Assembly (NCBI GenBank): GCA_964464695.1
Contig: CAYXKW010000003.1
Span: 10,577 to 74,576 of the forward strand
Direction: 5' to 3'
DNA: 64,000 nt
Source of the DNA: an uncultured Candidatus Saccharibacteria bacterium
GTDB lineage: Bacteria; Patescibacteriota; Minisyncoccia; Phycocordibacterales; UBA5272
Below are positions 40,354 through 50,264 of this stretch, piece by piece (the first letter of the stretch is position 1; every line of letters starts with the position of its first letter). A program made the translations under genes and the position numbers. Below the pieces are notes generated by a model, which made no database searches, was not told the origin of the DNA, and saw nothing but the letters and a program-made list of their open reading frames with translations.

Positions 40354-41445
40354 ATGAAATTCGAATGTAAAGGAGAAGTGTTTATTCAAGCAGTTCAACA
40401 AGTGTCTCGAGCTAAGAGTAAAACTCAATCACAACAATCACTACAAGATATTCATATTGAGGTAATTAATCATCTTCTAACATTACGTGCTACTAACTTA
40501 GAATTATTCTGTGAGAAGAGTATTCCTGTAAAAGGAATTGTTAATGGTGCATGTTTACTACAAGGAGAAACACTTCTTAGAATTATTTCTACATTTAATT
40601 CAAAAGATATAACTCTTACCTGTGAAATTATTGATGGAGTTTTTACTATTACAACAGAAAAGGGGGTTATTGAAATAAAAACAACACCATATGAAGATTT
40701 TCCAACACTACCTTCTCAAGGTGAACAGATAGGAATTCTTCCAAAAGAATCTATTGATATGTTATTACGTGAAGTTTCTTTTTGTTCAGCAACAACAGAT
40801 ATAAAACCAGAAATATCTTCTGTGTATATTTATACAAAAGATAGTTCTATTTATGCTGTTGCAACAGATTCTTATCGCCTTGCAGAAAAAACAATTCCTA
40901 ATAATAATGATTTAGATTTTTCATTTCTTATTCCTCAAAAACACATTGGTGAAATTCTTCAAATTTTAAATGAAGAAGAAGGGGATATTATGATTTCTCG
41001 TAATCAGAATATTGTTACCTTTTCAGGAACAACTTTAACACTTTCTATCCATACTGTTACTGGTCATTTCCCTGATTACAGACAACTTTTTCCAAAAGAA
41101 TTTACTACAAATGTGCTTGTTTCAAAAAGTGAATTACAAAAAGCTCTTTTACTAACAACATTTTTTAATGAACAATATTCTCAAGTTGAATGTATTTTTA
41201 CAGAAAATAAATGTACTGTTCATAGTAAAAGTGAAAGAGTTGGACAAGTAACTCATACAATAGAAGTAAAAAAAGAAGGGGAAGATATCGAAGTAAAATA
41301 TAATAATAAATTCTTCTTAGAAGTTCTCCCTCATATTGAAGGTGGTCTTGTTACGTGTATGTTCACAACACCTAATAAACCACTATTTATTCAAAGCAAG
41401 CAAGATATTAGTTTTACGTATCTTTTGATGCCACTAAACAGATAA
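40354..41445 (+). CDS. dnaN: DNA polymerase III beta clamp
   Basis: ATNLE, EDFP, VATDSYRLA, FPDY, LLMPL; follows dnaA. Confidence 0.95.
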   Translation: MKFECKGEVFIQAVQQVSRAKSKTQSQQSLQDIHIEVINHLLTLRATNLELFCEKSIPVKGIVNGACLLQGETLLRIISTFNSKDITLTCEIIDGVFTITTEKGVIEIKTTPYEDFPTLPSQGEQIGILPKESIDMLLREVSFCSATTDIKPEISSVYIYTKDSSIYAVATDSYRLAEKTIPNNNDLDFSFLIPQKHIGEILQILNEEEGDIMISRNQNIVTFSGTTLTLSIHTVTGHFPDYRQLFPKEFTTNVLVSKSELQKALLLTTFFNEQYSQVECIFTENKCTVHSKSERVGQVTHTIEVKKEGEDIEVKYNNKFFLEVLPHIEGGLVTCMFTTPNKPLFIQSKQDISFTYLLMPLNR

Positions 41446-41448
41446 TGT

Positions 41449-41682
41449 ATGAATGAAGGGCTTTTTGAAAAGTATTCAAAAGTACTTAAAGAGAAAAAAT
41501 CAGAAAAAGAAGAGCTTATAGGTATATTACAAGAAATAACTGGAATTATGTTTACACCTCAAGAATTGAGTATTACAAAGAAGTGTATTTCATTTCAAAC
41601 AAGCTCTGTTAAAAAAAGTATTGTACGTCAAAAACGAATTGAGGACGCGTTACAACAAAAAGGGTATAGTATTAAAATATAA
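41449..41682 (+). CDS. Small hypothetical protein after dnaN (possibly DciA-like)
   Basis: 77-aa ORF tightly linked to dnaN; family is a guess. Confidence 0.55.
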   Translation: MNEGLFEKYSKVLKEKKSEKEELIGILQEITGIMFTPQELSITKKCISFQTSSVKKSIVRQKRIEDALQQKGYSIKI

Positions 41683-41719
41683 GATATAAAAAAACGTAGT
41701 ACTTGGTACTACGTTTTTT

Positions 41720-43933
41720 TTATTGAACTGTTGTGGTCGCTATTTGAACAGGGTAGATAGGGTTTGTTTGTGTTGGATCAAATGATGTACTTCCGTTGTT
41801 TTGTACTGGTGGTTGGTATCCGCAAGCAAGAGGATGAGTAGATAACCAATTCTGGAGAGATGTCTCCCATAACCAGTACTGAGAATCGGAAGTTGGGTTG
41901 AATGGATATTCTCCTCCAGGATTACTTTTTACAACAGATGCAAGGATAGTATGAATACCATTGCTTCCACAGTACTGACCGCGTAATATTGGCTTAGACG
42001 AGGTGTTAGGAAGTGGATCAGGGAAATACTCAACTGGAGTGTTTTCTACTGCTGCATCCATAGCTTTTCGCCAAACAGGGGCAAGTACGAATCCAGCTGT
42101 CCTTTTATCAATTGGTGTATTATCATTATTACCTGCCCACATACCAACAACAACTGAAGGAGTGTATCCAACCACCCACACATCCTTGTAGTCATTCGTT
42201 GTTCCTGTTTTTACAGCTACTGGTCGGTTTTTAAAATACAAAGAAGAATTTGCTCCATAACTTGGAGTTCGTGCTACGTTATCAGAAAGCATGCTTGAAA
42301 TGAGAGTGGTAACTTCTTCAGGAAGAACTTCTGTTTGAGAAAGTGAAAATTTTTCCAAAATACTATCATCTCTGTCGCGCACTTCTAGTATTCCTTGTTG
42401 TTTATGATAGACGCCATTATTTGCAAATACTCCATAAGCATTAGTAAGTTCAAGTAAAGTAACTTCACCACCACCAAGTACAAGTGATAATCCATATCGA
42501 GAAGCATCCACAATAGTAGATAATCCCATTGCTTGAGCAAGTGAAACTGCATTATTTAGCCCTGTAAGATACAACAATTTAACAGCAGGAACGTTAAGTG
42601 ATTGAGCTAGAGCCTCACGTAATGAAACTGGTCCTCTAAATAGTCCGTCATAATTATCAGGCATATAACAGACAGATGGATTTGTTCCAGAATTAATTGG
42701 TTTTCCATAAGCATCACATAATGTACTAAATTGTGTAGGAGTATCAAATAAAACTGTTTCAGGGGTGTATCCAACTTTCATAGCGGCCGCGTATACAATT
42801 GGCTTAAAAGAAGATCCAGGCTGACGAAATGCTGTAGTTATATTAAACTGCCCTGGGATTTCTTTATCAAAAAAATCTCGTGAACCAACCATCGACAATA
42901 TTTGTCCTGTTTTTGGATCAATTGCAATTAGTGCTGAATTATCCGCTTTATATTTTTTAGCATTTTCAAGAGCTCCTTCTTTTACTATTTTCTCCGCTTG
43001 CTCTTGTAGAGGATAATCAATTGTTGTAATTACCTTTAATCCACCATTTAAAACAGTATCAATACCATATTTTTCTTCAAGATATTCTCTGATATACATT
43101 ACAAAGTGAAGCGCTTTCCCACTATTAGATAAATCTTTTTCAAAGGTAACAGATTCTTTTTGTGAGAAGTTTTTTTGTTCAAGTGTAATATGTCCAAGTT
43201 CATACATTCGCTGGAGCACTAAGTTTTTTCTTTTCTCTAAGTCATCTCGATGTTTTCCATATGGAGAATAATATGTTGGGGCTTGTGGTAGAGCTGCTAA
43301 ATACGCTGCTTCTGTTAAGGTAACATCCTTTGCTTTTTTATTGAAAAAAGTAAGAGAGGCTTCTTCAACCCCATACATAGTTCCACCATATGGACTTTCA
43401 TTTAAATATATTTGTAAAATAGTATCTTTCGGAAGTTCTCTGTCTAATTTAATCGATAGAATTATCTCTTTTAGTTTACGAGAAATAGTTTTTTCACGTG
43501 TTAAGAGAGCATTTTTAACAACTTGTTGATTAATGGTTGACCCACCTTGTGCATATCCACCGGAAGTAACATTTGCGAGAGCTGCACGAATAAAAGATGT
43601 TGGTCTGAATCCATAATGTTCATAAAAATGAGCATCTTCAATAGAAATAGTTGCTTTTTGGATATATGGACTAATGTCTTTAATATCAATTGCAGTACGA
43701 CGAACATTATCATGGATGTTATACAGAACTATTTTCCCAGTTCTGTCATAAATTTTTGTAGAATTAATAATATTTCTATTTTCAAAGTTATTAAAATCTG
43801 GTAATTGAATAGTAGAAAGCCACGCAACTACAAGAGCTGAGGCAACAACACCTAAAGAAAGGGTAATTAAAAATAATTCCTTTAAAAACTTACCCTTTAC
43901 GCGCTTTTTTCTAAATACATGAGAATCTGACAT
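41720..43933 (-). CDS. Class A penicillin-binding protein (PBP1A family)
   Basis: EDAHFYEH, QGGSTINQQ, RKLKE, QPGSSFK, SLN, KTGT. Confidence 0.95.
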   Translation of the reverse strand: MSDSHVFRKKRVKGKFLKELFLITLSLGVVASALVVAWLSTIQLPDFNNFENRNIINSTKIYDRTGKIVLYNIHDNVRRTAIDIKDISPYIQKATISIEDAHFYEHYGFRPTSFIRAALANVTSGGYAQGGSTINQQVVKNALLTREKTISRKLKEIILSIKLDRELPKDTILQIYLNESPYGGTMYGVEEASLTFFNKKAKDVTLTEAAYLAALPQAPTYYSPYGKHRDDLEKRKNLVLQRMYELGHITLEQKNFSQKESVTFEKDLSNSGKALHFVMYIREYLEEKYGIDTVLNGGLKVITTIDYPLQEQAEKIVKEGALENAKKYKADNSALIAIDPKTGQILSMVGSRDFFDKEIPGQFNITTAFRQPGSSFKPIVYAAAMKVGYTPETVLFDTPTQFSTLCDAYGKPINSGTNPSVCYMPDNYDGLFRGPVSLREALAQSLNVPAVKLLYLTGLNNAVSLAQAMGLSTIVDASRYGLSLVLGGGEVTLLELTNAYGVFANNGVYHKQQGILEVRDRDDSILEKFSLSQTEVLPEEVTTLISSMLSDNVARTPSYGANSSLYFKNRPVAVKTGTTNDYKDVWVVGYTPSVVVGMWAGNNDNTPIDKRTAGFVLAPVWRKAMDAAVENTPVEYFPDPLPNTSSKPILRGQYCGSNGIHTILASVVKSNPGGEYPFNPTSDSQYWLWETSLQNWLSTHPLACGYQPPVQNNGSTSFDPTQTNPIYPVQIATTTVQ

Positions 43934-43990
43934 CTGTCCATAGTATCACACTGCTTAAAGAAAAGTAGTGCATATGTTAGTATAAAGTCC

Positions 43991-45187
43991 ATGGATAAAG
44001 TAATTATCGACGAAAAAAAGATTGACGAAATTCTTAACAGAGGTGTGGAAGATATTATTGTTCTAGAAGAATTACGTGCAAAACTTCTGTCCGGTAAGTC
44101 ACTTCGTATTAAACTTGGGATTGATCCAACTGGACCAAAAATCCATTTAGGAAGAGCTATCCCACTTAGAAAGTTACGTGAATTTCAAAAACTTGGTCAC
44201 CAGGTAGTACTTATTGTTGGAGATTTTACAGCACAAGTTGGAGATGCGTCAGATAAAAGTGAAAAGCGTCCAATGTTAACTCGAGCCGATATTGATAATA
44301 ATCTTAAAGATTATAAGAGTCAGATTTCGAAGATTCTTGATCTTTCAAAAACAGAATTCGTTTACAATAATGATTGGCTTTCTAAACTTTCTTTTGAAGA
44401 GGTTACAAAACTCGCAGAATGCTTCTCTGTTCAACAAATGCTCGCACGTCGTAACTTTAAGGACAGATATGAAGCAGGGACTGAAATCTCTCTCCGTGAG
44501 TTTTTATATCCAATGATGCAAGGTTATGATTCTGTTGCCGTAAAGGCTGACGTTGAGTTGGGTGGCTTTGATCAGCTTTTTAATCTAAAAGCTGGAAGAA
44601 TTATGCAGGAATACTTTGGACAACCAAAACAGAGTATTGTTACCTGCCAGATGCTCGAGGGAACAGACGGGAGGAAGATGTCGAGCTCATGGACAAATAT
44701 TATTTCCATTGTTGATGACCCAGAGACAATGTTTGGAAAGGTTATGGCACTTCATGATGATTTAATAATTAAATATTTTATATTGTGTACCGACTTACCT
44801 CTTGAAGAAATTCAAAACATTGAACTCGATATTAAAAATGGAGGAAATCCAAAAGATAGTAAGATGCGACTTGCTTCAGAAATTGTGAGACTCTACCATA
44901 AAGAAAAGGACGCACTCTTTGCACGAGATTCATGGGTAAAGGCATTTGAACAAGGGGGTGTGCCAGAAACTGTTCCTGAGATTATTACAACAAAAGACAG
45001 AGATCTTGCTTCTGTGCTTGTAGAAGCAGAGATTGTAACTTCCAAAACTGACTGGAGGCGTCTTGTTGAAGAAAATGCAGTTACTGATACAGAAAAAGGT
45101 GAAGTTCTCACTGACCCTAAAATACTTTGTTATAACGGAATCTTTAAAATAGGGAAGAAGAGGTTCGTGAGAATAACAATACAGTAA
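43991..45187 (+). CDS. tyrS: Tyrosine--tRNA ligase
   Basis: GIDPTGPKIHLGR, YPMMQGYD, GGFDQ, KMSSS, C-terminal GKKRF. Confidence 0.96.
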   Translation: MDKVIIDEKKIDEILNRGVEDIIVLEELRAKLLSGKSLRIKLGIDPTGPKIHLGRAIPLRKLREFQKLGHQVVLIVGDFTAQVGDASDKSEKRPMLTRADIDNNLKDYKSQISKILDLSKTEFVYNNDWLSKLSFEEVTKLAECFSVQQMLARRNFKDRYEAGTEISLREFLYPMMQGYDSVAVKADVELGGFDQLFNLKAGRIMQEYFGQPKQSIVTCQMLEGTDGRKMSSSWTNIISIVDDPETMFGKVMALHDDLIIKYFILCTDLPLEEIQNIELDIKNGGNPKDSKMRLASEIVRLYHKEKDALFARDSWVKAFEQGGVPETVPEIITTKDRDLASVLVEAEIVTSKTDWRRLVEENAVTDTEKGEVLTDPKILCYNGIFKIGKKRFVRITIQ

Positions 45188-45240
45188 TCAGACTGTCAGA
45201 CCACTTCGTTGACAGACATCAGACAAATTAAAACACACAA

Positions 45241-45279
45241 TAAAATACAGGGACAACCGAAGGTTGTCCCTGTATTTTT
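45241..45279. terminator. Bidirectional terminator hairpin
   Basis: TAAAATACAGGGACAACC-GAA-GGTTGTCCCTGTATTTTA. Confidence 0.8.
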
Positions 45280-45320
45280 AGTCAGTAGTCGCACTGTCTG
45301 GCGGTCTGTTTGTCTTCTAC

Positions 45321-45500
45321 CTACCAGTATCCTTCATCATTTGCAGCAAACGCGATATCAATCTCATCTGCCTCCTCATCATCTTCTACTTTAAAAATAA
45401 CCACCTCTTCGTCTACCACAATGTCACCCTCGAACACCTCTTCTAAGGCATCAGGGTTTATATCTCCAACCGGTTTTGTTTCTTCTTCTTCAATAAGCAT
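45321..45500 (-). CDS. 59-aa extremely acidic protein (not in ORF track)
   Basis: MLIEEEETKPVGDINPDALEEVFEGDIVVDEEVVIFKVEDDEEADEIDIAFAANDEGYW*; 23 of 59 residues D/E. Confidence 0.7.
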   Translation of the reverse strand: MLIEEEETKPVGDINPDALEEVFEGDIVVDEEVVIFKVEDDEEADEIDIAFAANDEGYW

Positions 45501-45576
45501 ACTAGAAAATCTTTTTAATTAATGTATTGAAAAGATACCACCTAATAAAGATACATGCAAGTCCTTTTATAAACAA

Positions 45577-46086
45577 CTATTTTATTCCTTGTAGAATAAG
45601 GCTATTTCGTCTATTCGCACTATGGGTTAAAGCGATAGCAATTGCGTCTATTTCGTCATCCAACGAATCTATTCGAAGTGGTTGTTTAAGAATTTTTGGA
45701 ACCATGTGAGAGATGTCTTCTTTTGTTGCTTTTCCGTGTCCTGCGATAGCTAGTTTTATTTGCGGAGGAGAATATTCGAATAATTTAACTTCATGAATGT
45801 GTGCAAGATAGATACACACGCCACGAACTTCAGCTACCGTAATAATTGTCTTTTGGTTATTAGTAAAAAAAATAGTTTCAATAGCAAGCTCGTGAGGGTT
45901 ATGAGTGATAATAATATGCTCTACTTCTTTTCCAATAGCGGCAAGCCTCTTTTCAAATGAATCTTTTTTATTTGTCGTAATACATGTCGAAAAAACAAGG
46001 GTTTCTTTTGTTCCTTCTTTATCTACAACACAGATACCCAACCTATCAAACCCAGGGTCAATTCCTAAAATACGAATAGTGCTCAT
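45577..46086 (-). CDS. ruvC: Holliday junction resolvase
   Basis: ILGIDPG, AIE, EYSPPQIK, GKATKE, DDEIDAIAIA. Confidence 0.95.
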   Translation of the reverse strand: MSTIRILGIDPGFDRLGICVVDKEGTKETLVFSTCITTNKKDSFEKRLAAIGKEVEHIIITHNPHELAIETIFFTNNQKTIITVAEVRGVCIYLAHIHEVKLFEYSPPQIKLAIAGHGKATKEDISHMVPKILKQPLRIDSLDDEIDAIAIALTHSANRRNSLILQGIK

Positions 46087-46184
46087 AGTGGTAAGTATCT
46101 CAAAGTTTGGTAAAAATAGGAACTTGTCACCAAAAACTGGTGTGCTAGTATCAAATCAGTTGTATTTTATTGAAAGGGAATTGT

Positions 46185-46709
46185 ATGCAACCAACTCGTG
46201 TGGAAGAAAAACTAATACGTTTTCTTTCAAAAATTACTCAGGAATTTCACAACAGTTGTAAGCTTGGCGTTATCAGCGCATCTTTTGTTGTCAACGCACT
46301 GTTCGTGCTCCTCTTTTCGAGTGTAGTAAATATTTCAAGTACAGTATTGTTTAACGGTGAATTTCATCTTGGCTGGGAATTAACGCTTGGAATATATTCT
46401 GCTTTGATTGTCTGGGCGTCTATTACACTCGCGACGATACTGACAGGCGCTTTGATTGTGGAGGTGATTTTCGGGAAGCTCTCAAAGAATTTTCTTACAA
46501 ACACGCAAGAAGTGAATAATCCAAATAAGTTCACATGGTGGTTAGTTTTTTGCCGAATGAGCTTCCCAGTTATTGCACTTGTCCTTGTGGCAATGAATGA
46601 CAAGGTAGATGCCATTCTTTTCTTGTTGATACTTGGACACATTGGACAAACACTTGCTCTGTATTCATTATGTGTAAATATACCAGTTACCAAAAAGAGT
46701 AAAGAGTAA
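46185..46709 (+). CDS. Four-TM membrane hypothetical protein inserted antiparallel between ruvB and ruvC
   Basis: Hydrophobic segments; AAGGGA before ATG at 46185. Confidence 0.65.
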   Translation: MQPTRVEEKLIRFLSKITQEFHNSCKLGVISASFVVNALFVLLFSSVVNISSTVLFNGEFHLGWELTLGIYSALIVWASITLATILTGALIVEVIFGKLSKNFLTNTQEVNNPNKFTWWLVFCRMSFPVIALVLVAMNDKVDAILFLLILGHIGQTLALYSLCVNIPVTKKSKE

Positions 46710-46762
46710 ATGAAAATTTTGGTTTCAAGTTTACACAATACAACAGCACCAATTGGTGCTGT

Positions 46763-47746
46763 TTATTTTTTAAAATGTTTCAGTGCCTTTTCTGTGGCCT
46801 TTCTTCCTCGTGGAGTTCTTTCTATCATTCCAATTTGTAATAGATATGGTTCGGTCACGTCCGCAATAGTTGCTTCTTCTTCACCTGTCGCCGCAGCAAG
46901 GGTATTTACACCAACTGGGCCACCATTAAAGACGTTCACCAGACACTCAAGAATTATTCTTTCTGATGTTCCTATTCCGAACTCGTCAATTTCAAGTAAA
47001 GAAAGAGAAATATCAACAACATCTTTATCGATAACTGCTTTATGGACTTGCGCGTAATCTCTTGCACGTTTTAAATAATAGTTTGCTATTCGAGGTGTGA
47101 ATCGTGAACGCTTTGCTATTTCCATAGCTGCATCATGTGGAAGAACTGTCCCTAAAATATCAGCACTATGAGTCACAATCGTTGCAATCTCATCTTCTGT
47201 ATAATACTGCAGTCGATATACTCCACCTGAGAATCGTGATCGAAGGGGAGCAGATAAAAGTGAGATACGCGTAGTAGCACCGATGAGCGTAAAAGGCGGA
47301 AGGTCTAATTGAATAGTTCTAGCAGACGGACCTTTACCAATGACAATATCAAGCTTCCCTGATTCCATGGCAGGATAGAGAACTTCTTCAATTAATTTAT
47401 TTAAACGATGGATTTCATCAATAAAAAGAACGTCTCCTGGTGTGAGGTTAGTTAAAATAGCTGCCAAGTCTCCAACTTTCATGATTGCTGGACCGCTTGA
47501 TAACCGAAGATTACTTCCAAGCTCTTTTGCAATCAAGTGCGCAAGGGTTGTTTTTCCAAGTCCTGGTGGACCGTATAAAAGAATGTGCTCAGGTGGAGTA
47601 TTACGCTCTTTTGCAGCAGTTAAAAGTATATGTAAATTCTTTTTTATGACTTCCTGACCAATGTAATCTGAGAATTTCTCAGGCCGAAGAGTACTGTCTA
47701 AATGCCGTGTCTCTTCTAGTTCTATTACAGGTGTTGGTGTTGTCAT
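46763..47746 (-). CDS. ruvB: Holliday junction branch migration helicase
   Basis: LRP, GPPGLGKTT, FIDEIHR, YPAME, GATTR, EPYL, RTPRGR. Confidence 0.97.
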   Translation of the reverse strand: MTTPTPVIELEETRHLDSTLRPEKFSDYIGQEVIKKNLHILLTAAKERNTPPEHILLYGPPGLGKTTLAHLIAKELGSNLRLSSGPAIMKVGDLAAILTNLTPGDVLFIDEIHRLNKLIEEVLYPAMESGKLDIVIGKGPSARTIQLDLPPFTLIGATTRISLLSAPLRSRFSGGVYRLQYYTEDEIATIVTHSADILGTVLPHDAAMEIAKRSRFTPRIANYYLKRARDYAQVHKAVIDKDVVDISLSLLEIDEFGIGTSERIILECLVNVFNGGPVGVNTLAAATGEEEATIADVTEPYLLQIGMIERTPRGRKATEKALKHFKK

Positions 47747-47768
47747 AAATAGGGGGTTTGGTCAAGAT

Positions 47769-47796
47769 TTGACAAAAGTTTTATATATGCTATAAT
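47769..47796 (+). promoter_or_regulatory. Consensus sigma70 promoter with no clear downstream CDS
   Basis: TTGACA-N16-TATAAT with extended TG. Confidence 0.6.
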
Positions 47797-48032
47797 AGAC
47801 ACATCACTACGGAATTAATGGTAATTACGGACATGATTGTGTGACTTTGTCAGAACCTATATATCTCTAAACAATCGGGGTTTTACCCCATCTTCTAATT
47901 CGAAGGACGATCTGGTTGCACTTGTTGCCTCTGTGTCTATCCTTATGAAGGAATTTTCTTCACCAAGGGGTTGCTTAGAGGTATATATGCTGTGGCAGTG
48001 TAAAGTTCATAAAGTAAAAAGTTTATAAAGTG

Positions 48033-48073
48033 AACACAAGAAGGAGTGGCCGAAGGCCACTCCTTCTTGTGTT
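48033..48073. terminator. Terminator hairpin
   Basis: AACACAAGAAGGAGTGGCC-GAA-GGCCACTCCTTCTTGTGTT. Confidence 0.8.
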
Positions 48074-48119
48074 TGCTTCTACTTTTAACTTTACAAACTT
48101 TCTAACTTTCAACTACTCA

Positions 48120-49823
48120 CTATTCCGGCGTATACAAATCAACCGTCTTCGCTACTTCATCATATGAAGTAAGCCCTTCCAACATCTTTATTATAGCATC
48201 CTCTCGTAGTGAGGGGATTTTTTGGCCTTTTGCAGCCACATGCACTTCTCGTTCACTTGGGTTTCCAAGTAAAACTGTTTCAATCTCTGGGGTCATGATA
48301 ATTGCTTCGAAGATTCCAATTCTTCCTTTGTATCCAGTTCCTGAACACTCTTCACAACCGGAAGCATGGTAGAGCGTATACGATGGCGATGCTATGTGTC
48401 CTGCCATTGAATCTGTTTTACTAGTTGTTATCATATCTCCTAAGATATTCGTGATGGCGCGTGATTCTTTTTCATTTGATTCATAGGCTTTCTTACAATT
48501 CTCACAGATCTTTCGTACAAGACGTTGAGCAAGTGAAATAGAAAGTGCTCCTGCGATTATTTTTCCGTTTACTCCAAGATCAATAAGACGTGGAATAGTT
48601 CCGGCTGCATTATTGGTGTGAAGTGTGGAGAATACTAAGTGCCCAGTGAGAGCTGCGTTGATTGCAACTTTTGCAGTGTCGGTATCACGGATTTCTCCAA
48701 CCATGATTACATCAGGGTCCTGTCTGAGAGCGGCACGTAATCCTGCTACGAAGGTATATCCTTTTTCTTCTTCTACTTGTGTTTGCGTGAGACCTTCTAG
48801 ATGGTACTCGATCGGGTCTTCAATGGTAATGATTTTTACTTCTTCATTATAGACATGGTGAAGGAATGCATAGAGTGTTGTTGTTTTTCCAGATCCTGTT
48901 GGTCCTGTTGTTAAAATAATTCCATGCGGTTTAGTAAGAGCATGCATGATTGCTTCACGAAGTACATCAGGGAAGGCGATTTTATCAAGCCCTGAAACGG
49001 TATTTCGAGGATCGAGGATTCTCATTACAAAACTCTCTCCATAATTACCTGGAATAACTGACACACGTATATCCACCTCAACATCACCTAAGTCGATACT
49101 AAATCTTCCATCTTGAGCTCCTTTTGTATTTGAGAGTTTAAGACCGGCAAGTAATTTGAGTCGACTCGTTATATTTTTAAGAAGAGCATAGTCAAAAAAA
49201 GAAATATCCTCAAGCACTCCATTAACACGATATCGCAATCTTACCTTTCCTTCTTCTGGCTCAATGTGTACATCGCTTGCACCGAATTTAAGTGCACCCG
49301 CCATCACAAGTTCAAGTATGCGCGTTGTTTTATAGAGCATCTGAGAATGAGACATTTCATCAAAAAAAGTATGCAACTCATCGCGAGTTTCAAAGTGACT
49401 CATCAAATCCTCCATTCTTTCGTGAGTTAGGTCGAACATTCCAGAGTCTACTTTCTCACCATGTTGTAACTCGGCATATCTGGACAGTACGTGCTCAAGA
49501 GACGCATGAGAACACATAAAAAGCAGAAGTTCAGTTCCTTTGTCTTCAATTGGACGAAGCAAGTGTTCAAGTTTTTCGCTCGTTGGAGAAATCGCCGCAA
49601 GATAGAGTTTTTGACCAACTAATTTAAAGGGAACAACGCCCGCTTCGCGGGCTTCTTCCTCATGAAGATAATTCATGGCGTCCGGTTCTGGTGCAATACC
49701 ACGAAGATCAATATAAGGAAGATTGTATTTATCAGAAAGAATTTTCACGAGCTCCTCCTCCTCAGATTTATGAAGTTCCGAAAGTTCCGTATTTTGTTTT
49801 ACATCGTCAAAGACTGTTGTCAT
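48120..49823 (-). CDS. pilB: GspE/PilB-type pilus assembly ATPase
   Basis: ASDVHIEP, QDGR, GPTGSGKTT, TIEDPIEY, RQDPD, GEIRD, TGHLV, tetracysteine; real start likely ATG at 49823. Confidence 0.9.
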   Translation of the reverse strand: MTTVFDDVKQNTELSELHKSEEEELVKILSDKYNLPYIDLRGIAPEPDAMNYLHEEEAREAGVVPFKLVGQKLYLAAISPTSEKLEHLLRPIEDKGTELLLFMCSHASLEHVLSRYAELQHGEKVDSGMFDLTHERMEDLMSHFETRDELHTFFDEMSHSQMLYKTTRILELVMAGALKFGASDVHIEPEEGKVRLRYRVNGVLEDISFFDYALLKNITSRLKLLAGLKLSNTKGAQDGRFSIDLGDVEVDIRVSVIPGNYGESFVMRILDPRNTVSGLDKIAFPDVLREAIMHALTKPHGIILTTGPTGSGKTTTLYAFLHHVYNEEVKIITIEDPIEYHLEGLTQTQVEEEKGYTFVAGLRAALRQDPDVIMVGEIRDTDTAKVAINAALTGHLVFSTLHTNNAAGTIPRLIDLGVNGKIIAGALSISLAQRLVRKICENCKKAYESNEKESRAITNILGDMITTSKTDSMAGHIASPSYTLYHASGCEECSGTGYKGRIGIFEAIIMTPEIETVLLGNPSEREVHVAAKGQKIPSLREDAIIKMLEGLTSYDEVAKTVDLYTPE

Positions 49824-50154
49824 GTAATTAGTATACAAGATATGTCGAATGTCCGAGCCATAAATCTGTTGATGTAGCAGGGAACAGCTCATAGACTGTA
49901 GATCGAGACGGCTTGGCCCAAGACATGAATTTGCTAGTTCATCCGCGAAGATGCGAATTACCAAATTCTGAATTACCAAATTCACATCTCGGATGAAAGC
50001 TTGGCCATAAATAAGTAGCCGGCGAAGGGAACTGTAGACTGTAGTTTTATAATATTAAGACACATTTTTGATCACAGGTACATTAATAAAATATCGACAT
50101 TTTGCACCAAGACTACAGTTTACAAGCTGAAGTCTACAGTCTGAATTTTTTCGC

Positions 50155-50182
50155 TTGACAAAAGTCCATTTTCGTGTATAAT
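50155..50182 (+). promoter_or_regulatory. Sigma70 promoter
   Basis: TTGACA-N16-TATAAT upstream of 50265. Confidence 0.7.
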
Positions 50183-50264
50183 ATATACAGAGTTTTGAGG
50201 CTTCCGGAATCCTCCGGAGATCAATAAAGACCAACCGCACATTCACTTTTCTAGGAGTTTCGAC

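Noticed and set aside
45577-47746. Loss of ruvA
   Set aside because: Absence from this window says nothing about the rest of the genome.
49824-49985. PilB N-terminal extension or riboswitch leader
   Set aside because: A -10 box lies directly before the ATG at 49823, and the upstream sequence matches no riboswitch I recognise.
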